Source of the DNA: Eledone cirrhosa
Lineage: Eukaryota
Assembly: GCA_964016885.1 (NCBI GenBank)
Contig: OZ024740.1
Span: 382,230,001 to 382,294,000, forward strand
Length of the DNA: 64,000 nucleotides
Direction: 5' to 3'
A model generated the notes under the pieces. It was not told where the DNA came from, did no database searches, and was given only the letters and a program-made list of their open reading frames with translations. Below are positions 27,103 to 43,631 of the stretch, one piece after another; the first letter of the stretch is position 1, and the number at the start of each line of letters is the position of its first letter. Position numbers and translations under genes: made by a program.

Positions 27103-27280
27103 AAATGTTTCTACTTTTGGCACAAGGCCAGCAATTATCTCAGTGTATTACTGGTACTTTATTTTATCGACCATGTAAGGCAAAGTTAACCTCGCCGGGA
27201 TTTGAACTCAGATCATAAAGGGGCGTAACTCTATGCTACAAAGCATGGCGTCCGACTCTCTACCGATACTGCCAGCCCAA
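27103..27280 (-). mobile_element. SINE family 1, near full length
   Basis: Matches 59517-59703. Confidence 0.85.
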
Positions 27281-28421
27281 CAGTATATCAAAATATACGC
27301 TGCAAGTGCTATGAGAATTATTCTCAGAGAAGGCAAGAGAGATCACACTGAAATTTAAATCAATGAGATATTAAATGAGCATACACACAGCCGAAGGATT
27401 CTGATCCTTTGTATGATGACAACTCATATGTGCAGAAAACATGACTGCTGCAGCTATAAAATAAATACAAAATAGGATATCTTCCTTCGATACTTGATCA
27501 AACATCTTCCAGCAGATTGGGATTCTCTACGTAATGTTTCGTAATATGATTGATAGTTCCTTGTCGGGTCTGTCGAAATGAAGCGGAATTATAACTAACT
27601 AAACATAGACAGTTGAAAATGAATACAGAAAATAATTTAGTCAAGCTCTCAAACGTTTCAGTGTATGGTAATTGCTCCCCATTTTAACAAAACAATAACG
27701 GCAACAATGACAATCCGATCATCAACAGCATAGCATCACAGCCATAGTAGAGACCTTATTATGACACTAACAACCAAAACAACACACTACAAGTACAAAA
27801 AGTGAGTAAAGACAGTGCCAGGAAGAACAACAACGTTGTTTATTAATTCATGAAAAAGAGAAAGAATTTTAAATAATACAGTTACAATTACACAAACAAG
27901 GCAAAAACGATGGGGATACCAGCAAAAATAAAGAAATAAACAAAAAAACAAACATCCCTCAATAACTTCGAAAACAACAAAAGCAATAGCAATTGTATTA
28001 GCAACAGCCTGAGTGCAAAGACAAACCGAAATTCGTTTAAGCAGTTTGAACAAACAATAGCAGTGTAGTAATAACAATTAACTGTTTCTCTTTTTACTTT
28101 TTCAAAAAATGTGGATTTCCTTTCACTGGGAACGTTAATTAGATATATCTTGTTGTTCTTACTATTGTTACTGTCGTTCGATATGGTTGTTGTTATGATT
28201 GATAGTTGTGCGCGTGTTGTTTCTTCTGATGTGAATGGTAACAGTTATGGAGACAAAGTTAGTGATGCTATTAGTCGATCTCATTTATCCACTTACTTTC
28301 TCTACCATATTGTTGCTTTTTATTCCTTAATACTTTTTCTTTCTTTTTGCGGTTCATTTTATTGAACTTATTGCTTATATTTTCTACTTGTTTCTTTTTG
28401 TTAAAAATTCTCCTACTGCGG

Positions 28422-28422
28422 A

Positions 28423-28507
<85 letters not shown>
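28422..28507. repeat. (TAG)n microsatellite
   Basis: Direct reading. Confidence 0.95.
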
Positions 28508-29239
28508 TTTCCTTCCTCTTCCATTATATCTCAGTAGTCGATATTCCAGCAATCTTTGTTCATTGGGATCTTCGTTTAATTCCCTTTTCATTGAATTTTT
28601 TCTTAACTCCTTTTGTTCAGCATCGTTTCTCTGCGTTTTAATTTGTTTTTCCGCGTATGAACACTTTCATTCTGTTCTATTAAAATATATATATATACAT
28701 TGGTATCTTCCACTCTATCTTTCCCATTCTTATGCACCTCTTCTATACTAGAATGTAACACTTACCTTCTCCCTGTATATTTTTCTTGTTATCTTATATA
28801 TAATTTACTATATTTTACTATGTCTCTCTCCCATAATCATTCTATAAAGAATTGCTTTTCTTTCCATATTTATCCACCTCTTCATTTTCGTTTTCTCCAC
28901 GTTTTAATGTTTTCCTTTTTTCCATACTGTTGTTATTTAGTCACAGGTCAGTCCAGATCGAAAAAAACTAGAATGGAAGGGATACCGCTTTATTCCATTG
29001 CGTATTTTTTCTAGACATTCTAAACTGCGAATTACACTATCGAATCTGGGTTTTTTTTTATCTAGGATGTTTGCATTGTTCTTTAATTGTAATTGTAGGA
29101 AGAAGATTAAAACTTATGCATTAACAGTGTAAATACTTTGCAGAATTCAGTTTCATGTTTTAAATCACAACTTGTAACACATTGCAATTCAAATCCTCTG
29201 CGATTTGATAAAATAAATGGTGTTGCTTATATTAATAAC

Positions 29240-29446
29240 TGTTTCTAATTTAGGCGCAAGGCCAGCAATTTTTTGGGGAAGGAAAATTGATTAAATCGAC
29301 CCCAGTGTATTACTGGTGCTTTAATTATCGACCCCGTACAGATGAAATTTAAAGCTAACTTCGGCGAGATTTGAACTCAGAACGTAAAGCGCCGTACTGT
29401 ATGCTGCGAAGCATATTGTCCGACGCTCTACCGCACTGCCCTTGGG
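29240..29446 (-). mobile_element. SINE family 1 variant with 13-bp TSD
   Basis: TSD ttatattaataac at 29227-29239 and 29447-29459; B box present. Confidence 0.8.
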
Positions 29447-31118
29447 TTATATTAATAACACAACCAACCATCATCCCTTGCCAGTAAACAAAGCAATTAA
29501 CTTAATTTTCATAGATTATATCTTCGTTTCTTGAAATAATCTCTCCCTTTCTTTGAGAGTCGTTGGTATGAAGGTTCTCGGCTTTGTACCGGAACTACAT
29601 TGGGAGGAATAGGTAACTGGAAATGCAGAGTTGGTTGTGTATTGTTCAAAGTTTTGGAGTGATGTTTTCAAATACAAAAATACGTTTATGAGGAATAAAA
29701 ATAGCTGAGTAGGTAAAGTGTGTGTAGAAAAGAATAATGTCAACAAACGCTGCAATTGACAGCTTGTGAATGAAAGACTCAGCATTCAAAACAGAAACGC
29801 ATGAAGCCCGTAGGTGGAGAAACCATTAAAAATGGCTGAATATTTTACTAATGTCAAGGTCAACAACAAAGTTTTTAGAGGAGTCCTGTATAGTTAAATT
29901 AGGAAAACTGATATCAGGTAGATCTAATTATTCAGAATCGATACGGCTGGCTGGTGATTGTGCATTTCTTACATTTATTTTTGAGTCTGATTAGTGAGAT
30001 TAGCAAATTGAAATGATTTTCGCTTGAAATGGAAAAGCATCGCGAAAATTCCTTTTTAACATCTTACAATTATTTTTCTCCAATGGAACAGCAATAGCAT
30101 TTGCAAACATCAAAACAGCGCGTCACAGCTATTCAACAGCTGAACAATATAGAAAGAAAAACTTCTCAAACAAAATCTTTGACATGCTATTCTTTGGAAA
30201 ACGTATAATAAATTAAAGACATAAAGAAAAAAAAATGATGAACGACTGGAAGTAAAAGAATTAATAAAGAATATATATATATATATATATATATATTCTT
30301 TATTAATTCGTTATATATTTTATATACTTTCTTTATGTGTTTGTTTTGCAAGATATCTTATCTGAAAACGTGTGTTAAAGCATATATTGTTATACTTTAG
30401 GTGGGTTATGCAAACAATGAATGCATAGGCAACTGTTGGTTTACACTTCAATTTATTACAAATTGTTAGCCATGGGTCCAGTTTCCATAATTGCCTTAAC
30501 TCCCATCCCTAATTTCATTAACATTGCACACACAAATTCGCGCTTAGTTCTGTACCCCTCACCACTGTCACCTCTACATCGTCCGTTGTCACACATGCAC
30601 GCGCACATTCACCCCCTTGTTTCCTTGCTATGACTCTATTACGCTCAGAAACACACTTTCTTACAGCTTATACATACCTACAGCAACAGGCACTAACCTC
30701 TAAACGTGAACTCACAGCTCTCTATGGATTAACAACACACACACACAGCCTCATAAACTTATATACACACACATATTCTCACAGTTTCGAACTTACAACA
30801 AAGCACACACTCACGCGCGCGTCGGGACATATAGCTCACACACGCCTTTTGCATATATATATATGCAGTTTTAAATTTGTCAAGTTATCTAACGTATGTT
30901 ATTACTCTAAGATGACACAACCTTATCGAGTGCTTTGCTATACATTCCTAATTGTATATAGTTAGCTTTGCCACAGCCAAAAACTTCGATTTTACTAAAC
31001 TTCCATTTGTATATATATATATATATATGGAAAAAATGAAATGATGAAATTTCATTTCTCTACTGTACGTCTGTATGCATATATGTATGTACTTATACAT
31101 ACTTATATATATATATAT

Positions 31119-31527
31119 GGTGGTTACCAACTCGTTTTCGAGTACGGCCACTACTTTATATCTATGTAGGAGAACCCCTACCGATGCGCTGAACGAGTGT
31201 GACTTTTTAGTCCAGCCAGGGACTTGAAAACTCTGGTACAAACACTACACTTGTGACAATTATTGCACATAGTGCTGGGCCAATGGTACCATGTGACGAC
31301 AAGTGCAGAGAGATCTCCAGATATAAAGCAATGCCTGTGCCGTGAAGCTTTTATAGTGAACAAAGGCACTGCATAAAGCCAGTCCCACTCTCTTAACCAA
31401 GATGATATTTACCAAAAAAGAAGAACAAGTCAACATCATTGGATACCATCAGGGTTGCAGTTGTTATATGAGAGTTTTCCTTCTCCTAGAATTCTGCCTT
31501 GACAAAGGCTCAGGGGTCATCTCTCCC

Positions 31528-31529
<2 letters not shown>
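31119..31529 (-). mobile_element. RTE (BovB-like) 3' end with C2H2 finger and (AT)n tail
   Basis: CSVCTRVFKSLAGLKSHTRSAHR then a short 3' UTR; homologous to 37170-37543 and 37668-38074. Confidence 0.65.
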
Positions 31530-31573
<44 letters not shown>

Positions 31574-31728
31574 AGAAAGTATGAGCTCAAACCGTTTCGA
31601 CGGCTATATCTGGACTTCAGAGCTCTGCCGTCGGGGTCATACTTTTTTCTATTACCCACTCTACTACCCTAAATATTGAGTACTCTGGTGCGTTATGGTC
31701 CATCTGGTTCCTTACCACAACTCATTCG

Positions 31729-31762
<34 letters not shown>

Positions 31763-31969
31763 TGTTGAAATGTTGGGTAAATACCCTATTCATGTCAGCG
31801 GCGAAGAGGCCGCTTTCGGTTATTTATCAAATATTCCTTCATAGGAGCCTTTATTCTTATAGCCTGGTCTAATTGATTTTTTAAATGATTAATTATGCTA
31901 ATTGGGAGAGGAAATGGTATATATTTTATCTAATAATTATAAGAACATGATTTATGATATATATATATA

Positions 31970-32068
31970 TAAGGTGTCCCCAAAATGTATACACACTTTG
32001 ATTACCTGTACAGGCAACATTTATTAGAATGCACAGCCTTTGTGTATACATTTTTGGGGACTCCCTGT
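31970..32068. mobile_element. Tc1/mariner-type MITE
   Basis: TIRs ggtgtccccaaaatgtatacaca / tgtgtatacatttttggggactccctg in TA context. Confidence 0.6.
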
Positions 32069-32289
32069 GTATATATAAGAAGAGTTGAAATTAATGCATG
32101 CAAGATTTCACAGCTCTTGCATCACTCCTTCATAGTCAGCCATGAATCTTTCGGCTTGCCCTCGTATATGTGAATATCTCAGATACATGTGAACACATAT
32201 GTAATATGTAATTAAAAATGTATATGATCAAACACTCATTCTTTGTTCCCTTATATATTATTATTTTATATATATATACATATATATAT

Positions 32290-32490
32290 ACAAATGGAAG
32301 TACAGCATATTCGAAGCTCGAGGCGCAACTAGGCCGACGAATGCATTCAGAATTGGAGCCAAGTACTTGACAAGGTCTAAAACCTCAGAATAATAATATA
32401 CAGTTTGAAGGGCTTTGCAATTTGAAGACAGCGACCGGTAATTCAGCTGCGGGTTCCGTAACAATGAAAGAACTGACTCGCGAGTAATAA
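32290..32490 (+). repeat. Unclassified ~200-bp (TA)n-associated dispersed repeat; second copy at 34583-34785
   Basis: caaatggaag.acagcatattcgaagctcga...aaagaactgactcgcgag occurs at both sites. Confidence 0.8.
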
Positions 32491-32504
32491 TAAATACATA
32501 TATG

Positions 32505-34212
<1,708 letters not shown>

Positions 34213-34808
34213 CAAACCTGGACCATCACTTCGATATTTTGCAAAATCTCAGTTAGGTTTCTGTAAATCCGAAATCAACAAAATCCGCATGCAGTGTATG
34301 CAATTTAAGTTCCTGGAAGATCGAATATTGGATTTACTTTCTCAACAGGCTTACGTTCTGACCCCAGTCCGGTTGTGAGGGCACATGTTACTTACTCCGT
34401 AGGGAGCTATCCCCGGTTTATGGCGGTCAAATTCAAGTTATGAGCAATAGAATAAGTCCTGTACACAAACTGATTTAAGCACCCATCCACACTGTTATTA
34501 AACAAACATAAATAATTAACCAATCAATAGAATTGTCTAATTAAATCAATCAATTAATCATTAGGTCTAGGAGATAGTAATTCAAATGGAAGGACAGCAT
34601 ATTCGAAGCTCGACCCGCAGCGAAGCCGACGAATGCATTCAGAAGTGCAGGCAAGGACTCGACAAGTTATAAAACCTCAGAGTAATAACATACAGTTTCA
34701 AAGGGGTTTGCAAATTGTAGATAGCGATCGGTAATTCAGCCGTGGGGTACGTAGTAACGAAAGAACTGACTCGCGAGAAAAAATTCATACATATATACAT
34801 ATATATAT

Positions 34809-34916
<108 letters not shown>

Positions 34917-35032
34917 AATAACACAACAGTTATTACTTCTACCAAACTCGTCCCATGGATTGAGTGCTCTACCACTACGGATATTACTTTCTAGTGTTCT
35001 ACCTTTATATATATATATAAATATATATATAT

Positions 35033-35487
35033 CCCCGGTGTTAGCATATCTACGGCTTCCTAAAACCGTATTTCTTTGGAGATACGAAATATTTATACAT
35101 ATTGTATAAAGCTATGCTTGAAGCGAAATCCTATTTCTTTTCTATTATAAGTTGAGCCAACTTAAGCAGCTTCATATCAAATGAGATTAATCACCTCATT
35201 TACACAGACGAGGAAACTATATGTTCTCGTCTGTCTTCTAGTCCAGCAGCCGCAAGCAGTGGGAGGGACCGTCCTGACGATGGCCAGTTAAGCCTGAAAT
35301 GCATATACGGTTGTCCCCTTGCTTCTGCTGGATATCACCAGAGGGCGTTAGCCCCCCCCCCCCACACACACACACCCCAGTGCTTGCACAGCTACGGCTT
35401 CTTAAAACCGCATTTCTTTGGAGAAACGACGAAATATTTATACATATTGTATAAAGCTATGCTTGAAGCGAAATCCTATTTCTTTTA
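35033..35487 (+). mobile_element. Retrozyme-like unit (family D), about 1.3 monomers with terminal redundancy
   Basis: ctacggcttc recurs at 35050 and 35392 (period 342); contains a hammerhead; flanked by (TA)n. Confidence 0.75.
35269..35310 (+). ncRNA. Type I minimal hammerhead (family D)
   Basis: CCGTC-CTGACGA-t-GGC cagttaa GCC-t-GAAAT GC ATA^TACGG; palindromic stem III ATGCAT. Confidence 0.7.
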
Positions 35488-35751
35488 TATATATATATAT
35501 ACAACAAAGGAAGTGTGGTAAAGAACCACCAGGTGGACCTTAACGCATCAGAGTACTCGATACTTAGTGTAGTAGAGTGGGTAATAGGAAAAGAGTCAGG
35601 ACCTCGACGACTGAGCTCCGGCCGTTTCGACAGCTAAATCTGAACTAACCCAGTAGTGTTAGGACGGTAGTAATGTAGCTGGCTGCAGTTCAACATATAT
35701 TGCACTTCTCTGTACCTCTCTATTTCCTCCTCTCCTACGATACATATATCC

Positions 35752-35812
<61 letters not shown>

Positions 35813-35865
35813 TCCATAAATAGCTCTCGAAACCGCTTGAGCTCTGCTGTCGGACTCTTGAACAT

Positions 35866-35913
<48 letters not shown>

Positions 35914-36071
35914 ATGTATGTGTGTGTCTGTGTGTGTATATATAGAGAGAGAAAGAGCGTTTGTGTAGAAAAGGCGAGTGCGAGAGAGGGAGAAAGAAGA
36001 AAAATTAGGCAAGAAATGTTGGCGATTAAAGATATATTATTGATGCCGGAGATTTAAACTACACCCTAGAC

Positions 36072-36392
36072 AAGGGGTTCTCATCGTGACCATGTGGACC
36101 ACTAGTGGTCCACAGGAAAATGCGTGTGATCCACAGAAAAATTTTGATCCATGCATTTGACTTACAGCGCTGTTCTTATTCTTCGCATAAGTACGACTTC
36201 AGCTGTTTATTTGCGTAGATTTTTAGGCACTGCCACATGATAATAGCATTTTCTAATTCATTGAAAAATAAAACATCTACTGATGCTTATAAGTAGCAGT
36301 TCTATTACAAAAGATTTAAACGTTTAGGTGGTCCACAGGAAAAAATTACTTATTTTTGTGGTCCACAGCGAAAAAAAGGTTGAGGACCCCTG
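36072..36392. mobile_element. Non-autonomous hAT (Charlie-like) DNA transposon
   Basis: TIRs aaggggttctca / tgaggacccctg; 8-bp TSD ccctagac / ccctagtc; subterminal gtggtccacag repeats. Confidence 0.75.
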
Positions 36393-36696
36393 CCCTAGTC
36401 CATAGTGTATACGACGTGTAGGGTATTTAACAGCTGGCGGCGATCATCTCCTCTCTGGAAAAGGAGAGCCAATATGGAAGAGAAATAGAGAATCAACCTT
36501 TGTACTGGACTGGCACTGTTTTGATTATGAAGCTCGAAAGGATGAAAGGCAAGGTTGACCTCAACAGGATTTGAACTCAGACAGCTGGAATGAATATTGC
36601 AAAATATTCTATTCGACGTCCGAACAACTCTACTAATTTGTCGTACACACACACATATATATATATATATACATATGCATACATATATATATATCT

Positions 36697-36970
36697 AAAG
36701 TCTGTGTTCAGTCAGAAGGGTCATTTGGCCAGTGCTTATCCCGGTTCCATGGTGTGAAGCGGTTGAGAGTACAAGACTCCCCCCTGGGCAGGACGCCAGT
36801 CCATCGCAGAGTTAAGCCTCCAGCTATCGCTGCTACTCATTTTTAGCTGAGTATACAGGAGCAACGTGAAATGAAGTGTTTGGCTCAAGAAAACAAACAG
36901 GCAACCCAGGATTCGAGCCCACACCATTTTGATCGTAAGTCTAACACCCTTACCACTAGGCCACGTGCCG
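36697..36970 (-). mobile_element. tRNA-derived SINE (CORE/V-like)
   Basis: A box tggcctagtggtaag, B-box-like gctcgaatcc, ttcttgagccaaacacttca and ggactggcgtcctgcccagggg segments. Confidence 0.65.
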
Positions 36971-36971
36971 T

Positions 36972-37543
<572 letters not shown>

Positions 37544-37667
37544 TATATATATATATTGACTCTTATGTATGTATATATATATATATGTATATATATATTT
37601 ATGTATGTATATATATATATATATGTATGTATGTATATATATACTGACTCTTAAGAGTCAATGGCCA

Positions 37668-38072
37668 TCCACAATCACCGGGAGAGATGACCCCTTAGCC
37701 TTTGTCAAGGCAGAATTCTAGGAGAAGGACAACTCTGATATAACACCTGCAACCTTGATGGTATCCAATGATGTTGACTTGTTCTTCTTTTTGGTAAATA
37801 TCATCTTGGTTAAGAGAGTGGGACTGGCTTTGTGCAGTGCCTTTGCTCACTATAATAGCTTCACGGCACAGGCATTGCTTTATATCTGGAGATCTCTCCG
37901 CACTTGTCACATGGTGCCATGGGCCCAGCACTGTGTCAATAATTGTCACAAGTTTGTGCCAGAGTTTTCAAGTCGCTGGCTGGACTAAAAAGTCACTCGT
38001 TCAGCCCATCGGTAGGGGTTCTTCTACATGGATATAAAGTAGTGGCCGTACTCGAAAGCGAGTTGGCAGCCA

Positions 38073-38074
<2 letters not shown>
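37668..38074 (+). mobile_element. RTE 3' end copy
   Basis: Homologous to 31119-31529, same 3' terminus. Confidence 0.65.
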
Positions 38075-38151
<77 letters not shown>

Positions 38152-38165
38152 TATAAATTAGTAAT

Positions 38166-38329
38166 TGTTTCTACGTTTGGCACAAGGCCAGCAATTAACC
38201 AGTGCATTACTGGTATTTTATGTTATCGACCCCGTAATGACGAAAGGCAAAGTTAACCTCGGCGGGATTTGAATTCAGAATGGCAAAGCATGGCGTCCGA
38301 CCCTCTACCGATACTGCCAGTCCACCGCC
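38166..38329 (-). mobile_element. SINE family 1 with 11-bp TSD
   Basis: TSD aaattagtaat at 38155-38165 and 38330-38340. Confidence 0.85.
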
Positions 38330-38464
38330 AAATTAGTAATAAGTATTGGTTAGTATTCAGTTTTAGTTAGAAGCTTTTACCGGTTGCGCATTTCTAATGC
38401 TTTTCAAAAATAATTTTGAGATAGAGCGCCCGTGATGTTTGCTCTAATCTCTAATATATATATA

Positions 38465-39169
38465 TATATCATAAAACATGTCTATAGAATCACCAGATAA
38501 AATATATACCATTTCCTCTCCCAATTAGCATAATTAACCATATAATAAATCAATTAGATCAAGCTATAAGAATAATGGCTCCTATGAAGAAATCTCCGAC
38601 AAATAACCGAAAGCAGCCCCTTCGCGGCGGTTACCACGGAGTATTCATCGAATATTTCGACAGCATGTATACATCGACCAGATATACAGTCAACTAAACA
38701 GAATTAGGTGTAAAATAAACTAGAAGAAAAGTGTACACATTTAATAACCTCTACCATGGTTTCGTCCGCATTTTAAGACATCCGATAACATAGGATATCT
38801 AGAGCTTCGGATTCTTCAGGAGTTAGCTCAAATTTAGACAATTAATTTTCCAAAGTGATCGCGCCAAAAATACATTCAAAAATGCCTAAGAATCGTGACG
38901 TGGCAGCGGTCAAGTTAGAAAGGATGTGATTAGTTGCTTACGGCTGGTAGGCTTTTTGCTAGAAAACGCAGCCAAATACAGCCAAATTGTATCCCGTGGT
39001 AACCCCCGCGAAGGGGCTGCTTTAGGTTATTTGTCGCAGATTTCTTCATAGGAGCCTTTATTCTTATAGCTTGATCTAATTGATTTTTTATATGGTTAAT
39101 TATGCTAATTGGGAGAGGAAATGGTATATATGTTATCTGGTGATTCTATAGACATGTTTTATGATATAT
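38465..39169. repeat. ~175-bp inverted repeat (38465-38640 / 38993-39169) enclosing a hammerhead segment; third copy at ~31761-31960
   Basis: tatatcataaaacatgtctatagaatcaccag... versus ...ctggtgattctatagacatgttttatgatata. Confidence 0.85.
38749..38822 (-). ncRNA. Type I hammerhead with extended stem II (family F)
   Basis: Reverse complement: CTC-CTGAAGA-ATCCG...agatatcc..ggatgtct...CGGAC-GAAAC CATG GTA^GAG, then ATTAAA. Confidence 0.75.
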
Positions 39170-39265
39170 AGCTCTTATTATTTAATTTATTAATTCTCCA
39201 TTGAGCCACAAAGTAACCCGTTGCAAAACACATATATATCTATGACTTTATATATATATGTAAAC

Positions 39266-39368
<103 letters not shown>

Positions 39369-42300
39369 CATATATATATATATGTATATATATAGGCATA
39401 TATGCACGTGTTCAATTTTACCGATGCTATATTCTAGTGTATATGTGCGGATGGGTGTGTTAAGTGGCTGGAAGTGGACCTTGCTTTTAAACCAAACGGT
39501 GGCAGTGATAGGCATATTTCAATACTGTTAGATCTCAAGAGTGTGTGCGTGTCTGGTTGATGGGGGGAGGGGGGCTAGATAGCTTAACGAAGAACAAATA
39601 AGCGCTGATTTGAAACAAGTCAAAGAATACTCATTCTGCTATATATTTATTATTCATCACTAAAACAGGACAACTACGATGATGATGTTGATGAAAAGTG
39701 TTGATGTTAATGATGATTACAGCAGCCAAATTATTGAGAACGAGATGTGAGCGTATATGACGTTAAAACTTGTATAGGATTCAACTATAAAATTTCCCTT
39801 TATATCGTATTTGATACTTGAATATGATACACAAGCAACAAAGCGAAACGAAACAGCACAAAAACAAACAACAAAAAAATGTAATAATTCTCTGCTAGTG
39901 CATTCTGTCTTCCCTTCCCTTTCCCCACTTACTTGCTTTTTATTAAGTCACTCTTCTTTTTATTTACTTTCACCCGCCTGCCCCCTCCCTTTCTACCGTA
40001 CCTTCCTTAGTACATATGTTCACGCTCCATTCCCCTCTCTCCCACTCTTTGTCCCAGTTTTCTCCTACCTCCATCCCGTCTCACATCACGCTCCCTTTCA
40101 TTCTTTCCTAGCCAAGCTCATCTCGCACTCTTTCTCTTTCTTGTCTTTAGTCTTTTCCCTCCACCCTTCTCATATCCCTTTCTCTCTGTATCTTTTCATT
40201 CTCTTATACACATCATTCTCTTTTCTTCACTGTTTCTTCAATCTCCTCCTTCGCCTCCTTCTCATGACCCCTCTCTAGTTCGTACTCTCTTACTTTGTCT
40301 CTTCTATACCCACTTTATGGTAATAAGATAGCTGAAGCGTTATTCAGCAGACTAAAACACGGAAGTAAAAAGAATTGGAGCTCGAAAGAGTTCAATGAAA
40401 AGAAGAAAAAAATGAGTAAAACAAATAAATATATAAATAAAACTAGGAACAACGAAACAAACAAATAAAAGTAGCGAAAATTGAGAAAAAATAAATGAGA
40501 GTGAAAGAGAGAACAATATTTAAACTAGCATCTTTTCCTCGCCACACTATCTTTCACACTCAGAATCTATCTGTCTATCTATCTAACACTGCAAAGTAGC
40601 GTATTGTCAATAATATATTGAAGAAATGCAGAAATGTACGTACGATATATTTTCTCATTTTTCATTGAAGTATTTTTGTCGTTTACGCTTTAAATTTCAA
40701 TTGATTCTTATCATGATTCTTATTGAATATTTAGTTTTTGCGTTTTTATACATTATATTGCAAAGGTGAGACACTCACAGTCTTCCATTTTAAAAGATAT
40801 ATAGTCATAAATGATATAGTAGGGCATGCATGTGTGTATGTTTATGGGTGCGTGTATGCGCGTGTGTGTGTGTGAGAGAGAGAGGGGGGGGGGGGAATAA
40901 AAGGGAAGAGTAAGAGGTAAATATAATTGGAGAATTGATAATAAGCGCAGGTGAAAAACACGATGAATTTCAACTGATATGTTTAAATCAATAGCCGCAA
41001 TTTTGTAGGAGATTGTATGAGCTATATTCTAGAAGTGTAGTGTTTCGATTTGTTGGGGAAAAAAGTAATACGTTAAACGCTAGTCTAATAAATCTTATAG
41101 TTACAATTGTTCGAGCTTTTTCTCACGTAATGAATACTTCAATATAAATATTAGGTAATAAGTATTGTGCAAGTGATACGTTTAGTTTCACTACGCAGTA
41201 AACAACGTGTACCCCACTTGTTAAGCCCTACCATCTTAGATTATTATTAACAAAACAACCCTACCTTAATTTTTTTTAAATGTTATATCCATATATATAT
41301 ATTTCAAGATTCTTGATGTGAAATCATGTGTTGAAATAGATATTGTTATATTTGGAGATGGTCATTTTGCCAATATTGCCAATAAAGGCAGGCATAATTT
41401 GATTTTCACTTCAGATTTATTACGAGATATTAGTTAGTTTGTCAAAGTTCTTTCGTCACACATTCTCTGATCCCTTCAATGGCTATATTTTCCTCTGTGC
41501 ATTCCCGTCTTTCTGGTCTTATTTTGCTTGTTCTATCTTGCCATCCTGTGGTACGTTTCAGAAAGCTGAAGTGAAAATACAGTCTTGCGTGTTTTTTTTT
41601 TATTTTACCCGAATTTCTATGCTATGATTATTTTACAGTTATTTCGGCTGTTTTACAGTTATTTCTGCGATTGAGCTCTTCACCTTTCTATAAACCCACA
41701 CACCCCCAGCGTTACACATCGATTATTCAATACGTATGTTTGGTTACACCTATATGAGCCATGAATCGGCTTTCAAATACACAGAAATCAATCCAAGGTC
41801 TTTGAACCTAATCTTCCATTTTCCCTCTTTTCTCTTCACCCCCTCACTTTGGGCTCATTCCTACTCGCTGCTGCTGCTACTTCTGCTGTCAGCCCCGATA
41901 GCTGCTGCTACTACTTCTAGACCACATAACCCTTTCCAGTGGGACATGGAACCGAACGGACATGTTTCTCTTTCGTCATAACCAGCTGATATCTTGTGAT
42001 ATTTTAGTGACGTAAGTGTAACCGAATGCCTCTAACTGGGAATAGAATCTGAATCACAGCTTCAGCTGATCACTTGAAAAGAATCAAATTACAGGTGTTC
42101 ACAACCCAGTTCTCCAATAAGAAATAAATTATCACATATAAAATATGGAAGTCATATTTACTATACAGTTTTTTAGGAATTTTATGTACATTTACTTTAT
42201 TGCGCACGCAAAAGTAATTGAATAAATTAGGTGAACGTAAATCTAAGTCCTGAGCTTCATAATATGGATACCATATTGATTTGTAAAGCTAAATACCGAT

Positions 42301-42889
42301 CATGGAAACATTAGGTTAGATATATGAATGTATACATATATAATACATACACGCGTGTATATATATATATATATATATATTGTTATACTTGGGGAGGGTC
42401 ATATTTGTGTAATATTGCAAGAATTAATAACTGTTTGGTTGGTTTTCGCTTCTCGCTTCTGTGTCTTTTATATCGGTAATCTAACTTACTCGGTCGTCAA
42501 TGTTGCCATTGACTGACCGACGGTCAAAAATAATACAGATACAATATAGACACAAACATATATATATAGTTTATCATAAATCTTTCGTGGCACATCTGCA
42601 ACATCGTCTGTAGTGCTATCATTTCCTCCTGTTGTATTGTATGTCTACGCCTTTTTTATTCAGTCTGTCTATATATTTATTTATTTATTTGCTTGTTTGT
42701 TTATTTTATTTTGTCTTCTTTGCGAATGCGTTTGCGTGTGTGTATAGTGTTTTGTTTGCTGTGTGATGGGTGACTAGTGTGTGTTTATGTGCTTGTTATT
42801 ATTGTGCTTGCGTATGTATTTATTTATTTATCTATTTATTTTATTTTATTTACTTATTTATACTTATATTAGGTCAGTGTTGTTTGTTT

Positions 42890-43262
42890 GGGTGTTGTTG
42901 TTATTCCATTCATTCTTTCTGTTTAGTCTTGGTCTTCAAATTTCTATTTCACTGGCCTCTCTGATTTGTCTAGCTGCTGGGTCATTTCTATGTTTAGATA
43001 TTATTCTAATTTCTATGTTGCCCATGTTACCATCATGTTGTTGTCTAGCATCTTCGTATAGTACTGACCCGTTTTTTCGTCCTTTTAGTTCCCCCCATCG
43101 GTCTATCCTTTCACCTATGCTACGAGCTGTCTCGCCTATGTATGTTGTTGTCATGTTTCTGCAAGTCCCCTCTGTACATCTTATGCTATAGACTACGTTT
43201 CTAGTTTTACAGTTTATCCGGGGGTTTACCTTACATATGATACATTTCCTATTGGTACAGTT
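42890..43262 (-). pseudogene. PLE GIY-YIG endonuclease fragment (Neptune-like Cys linker)
   Basis: CTNRKCIICKVNPRINCKTRNVVYSIRCTEGTCRNMTTTYIGETARSIGER...RQIREASEIEI*RPRLN. Confidence 0.85.
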
Positions 43263-43417
43263 GGTATATATATATAACGAAGGAAATATGGTAAGGAAAC
43301 AGATGGACCATAACGCACCAAAGTACTCAATACTTAGGGTAGTAGAGTAGGTAATAGGAACGAGTAGGACGATTAGGACCCCGACGGCTGAGCTCAGTCG
43401 TCGGGGTCCTACTCGTT

Positions 43418-43468
<51 letters not shown>

Positions 43469-43549
43469 GAGATAAGCGGAACATGTAAGATTCAAACAAT
43501 TTTTTTTAATAAAAAAAAATATATAATTTAAACATTTACCTATTCCATT

Positions 43550-43631
43550 TGCTTTTACCGACGGTTTCACCTTACAAAAGATTGGGGATCCTAGAAGACC
43601 TCCAAGGAAATGTTCGGATCATCAGAGAGCA
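43550..43631 (-). ncRNA. Type I hammerhead (family G)
   Basis: Reverse complement: TGCTCT-CTGATGA-tCC...GGt-GAAACC gtc GGTA^AAAGCA. Confidence 0.7.

Noticed and set aside
42936-42938. In-frame TGA in GIY-YIG as possible selenocysteine recoding
   Set aside because: Not at a Cys-type position and no SECIS identified; a nonsense mutation in a dead copy is simpler.
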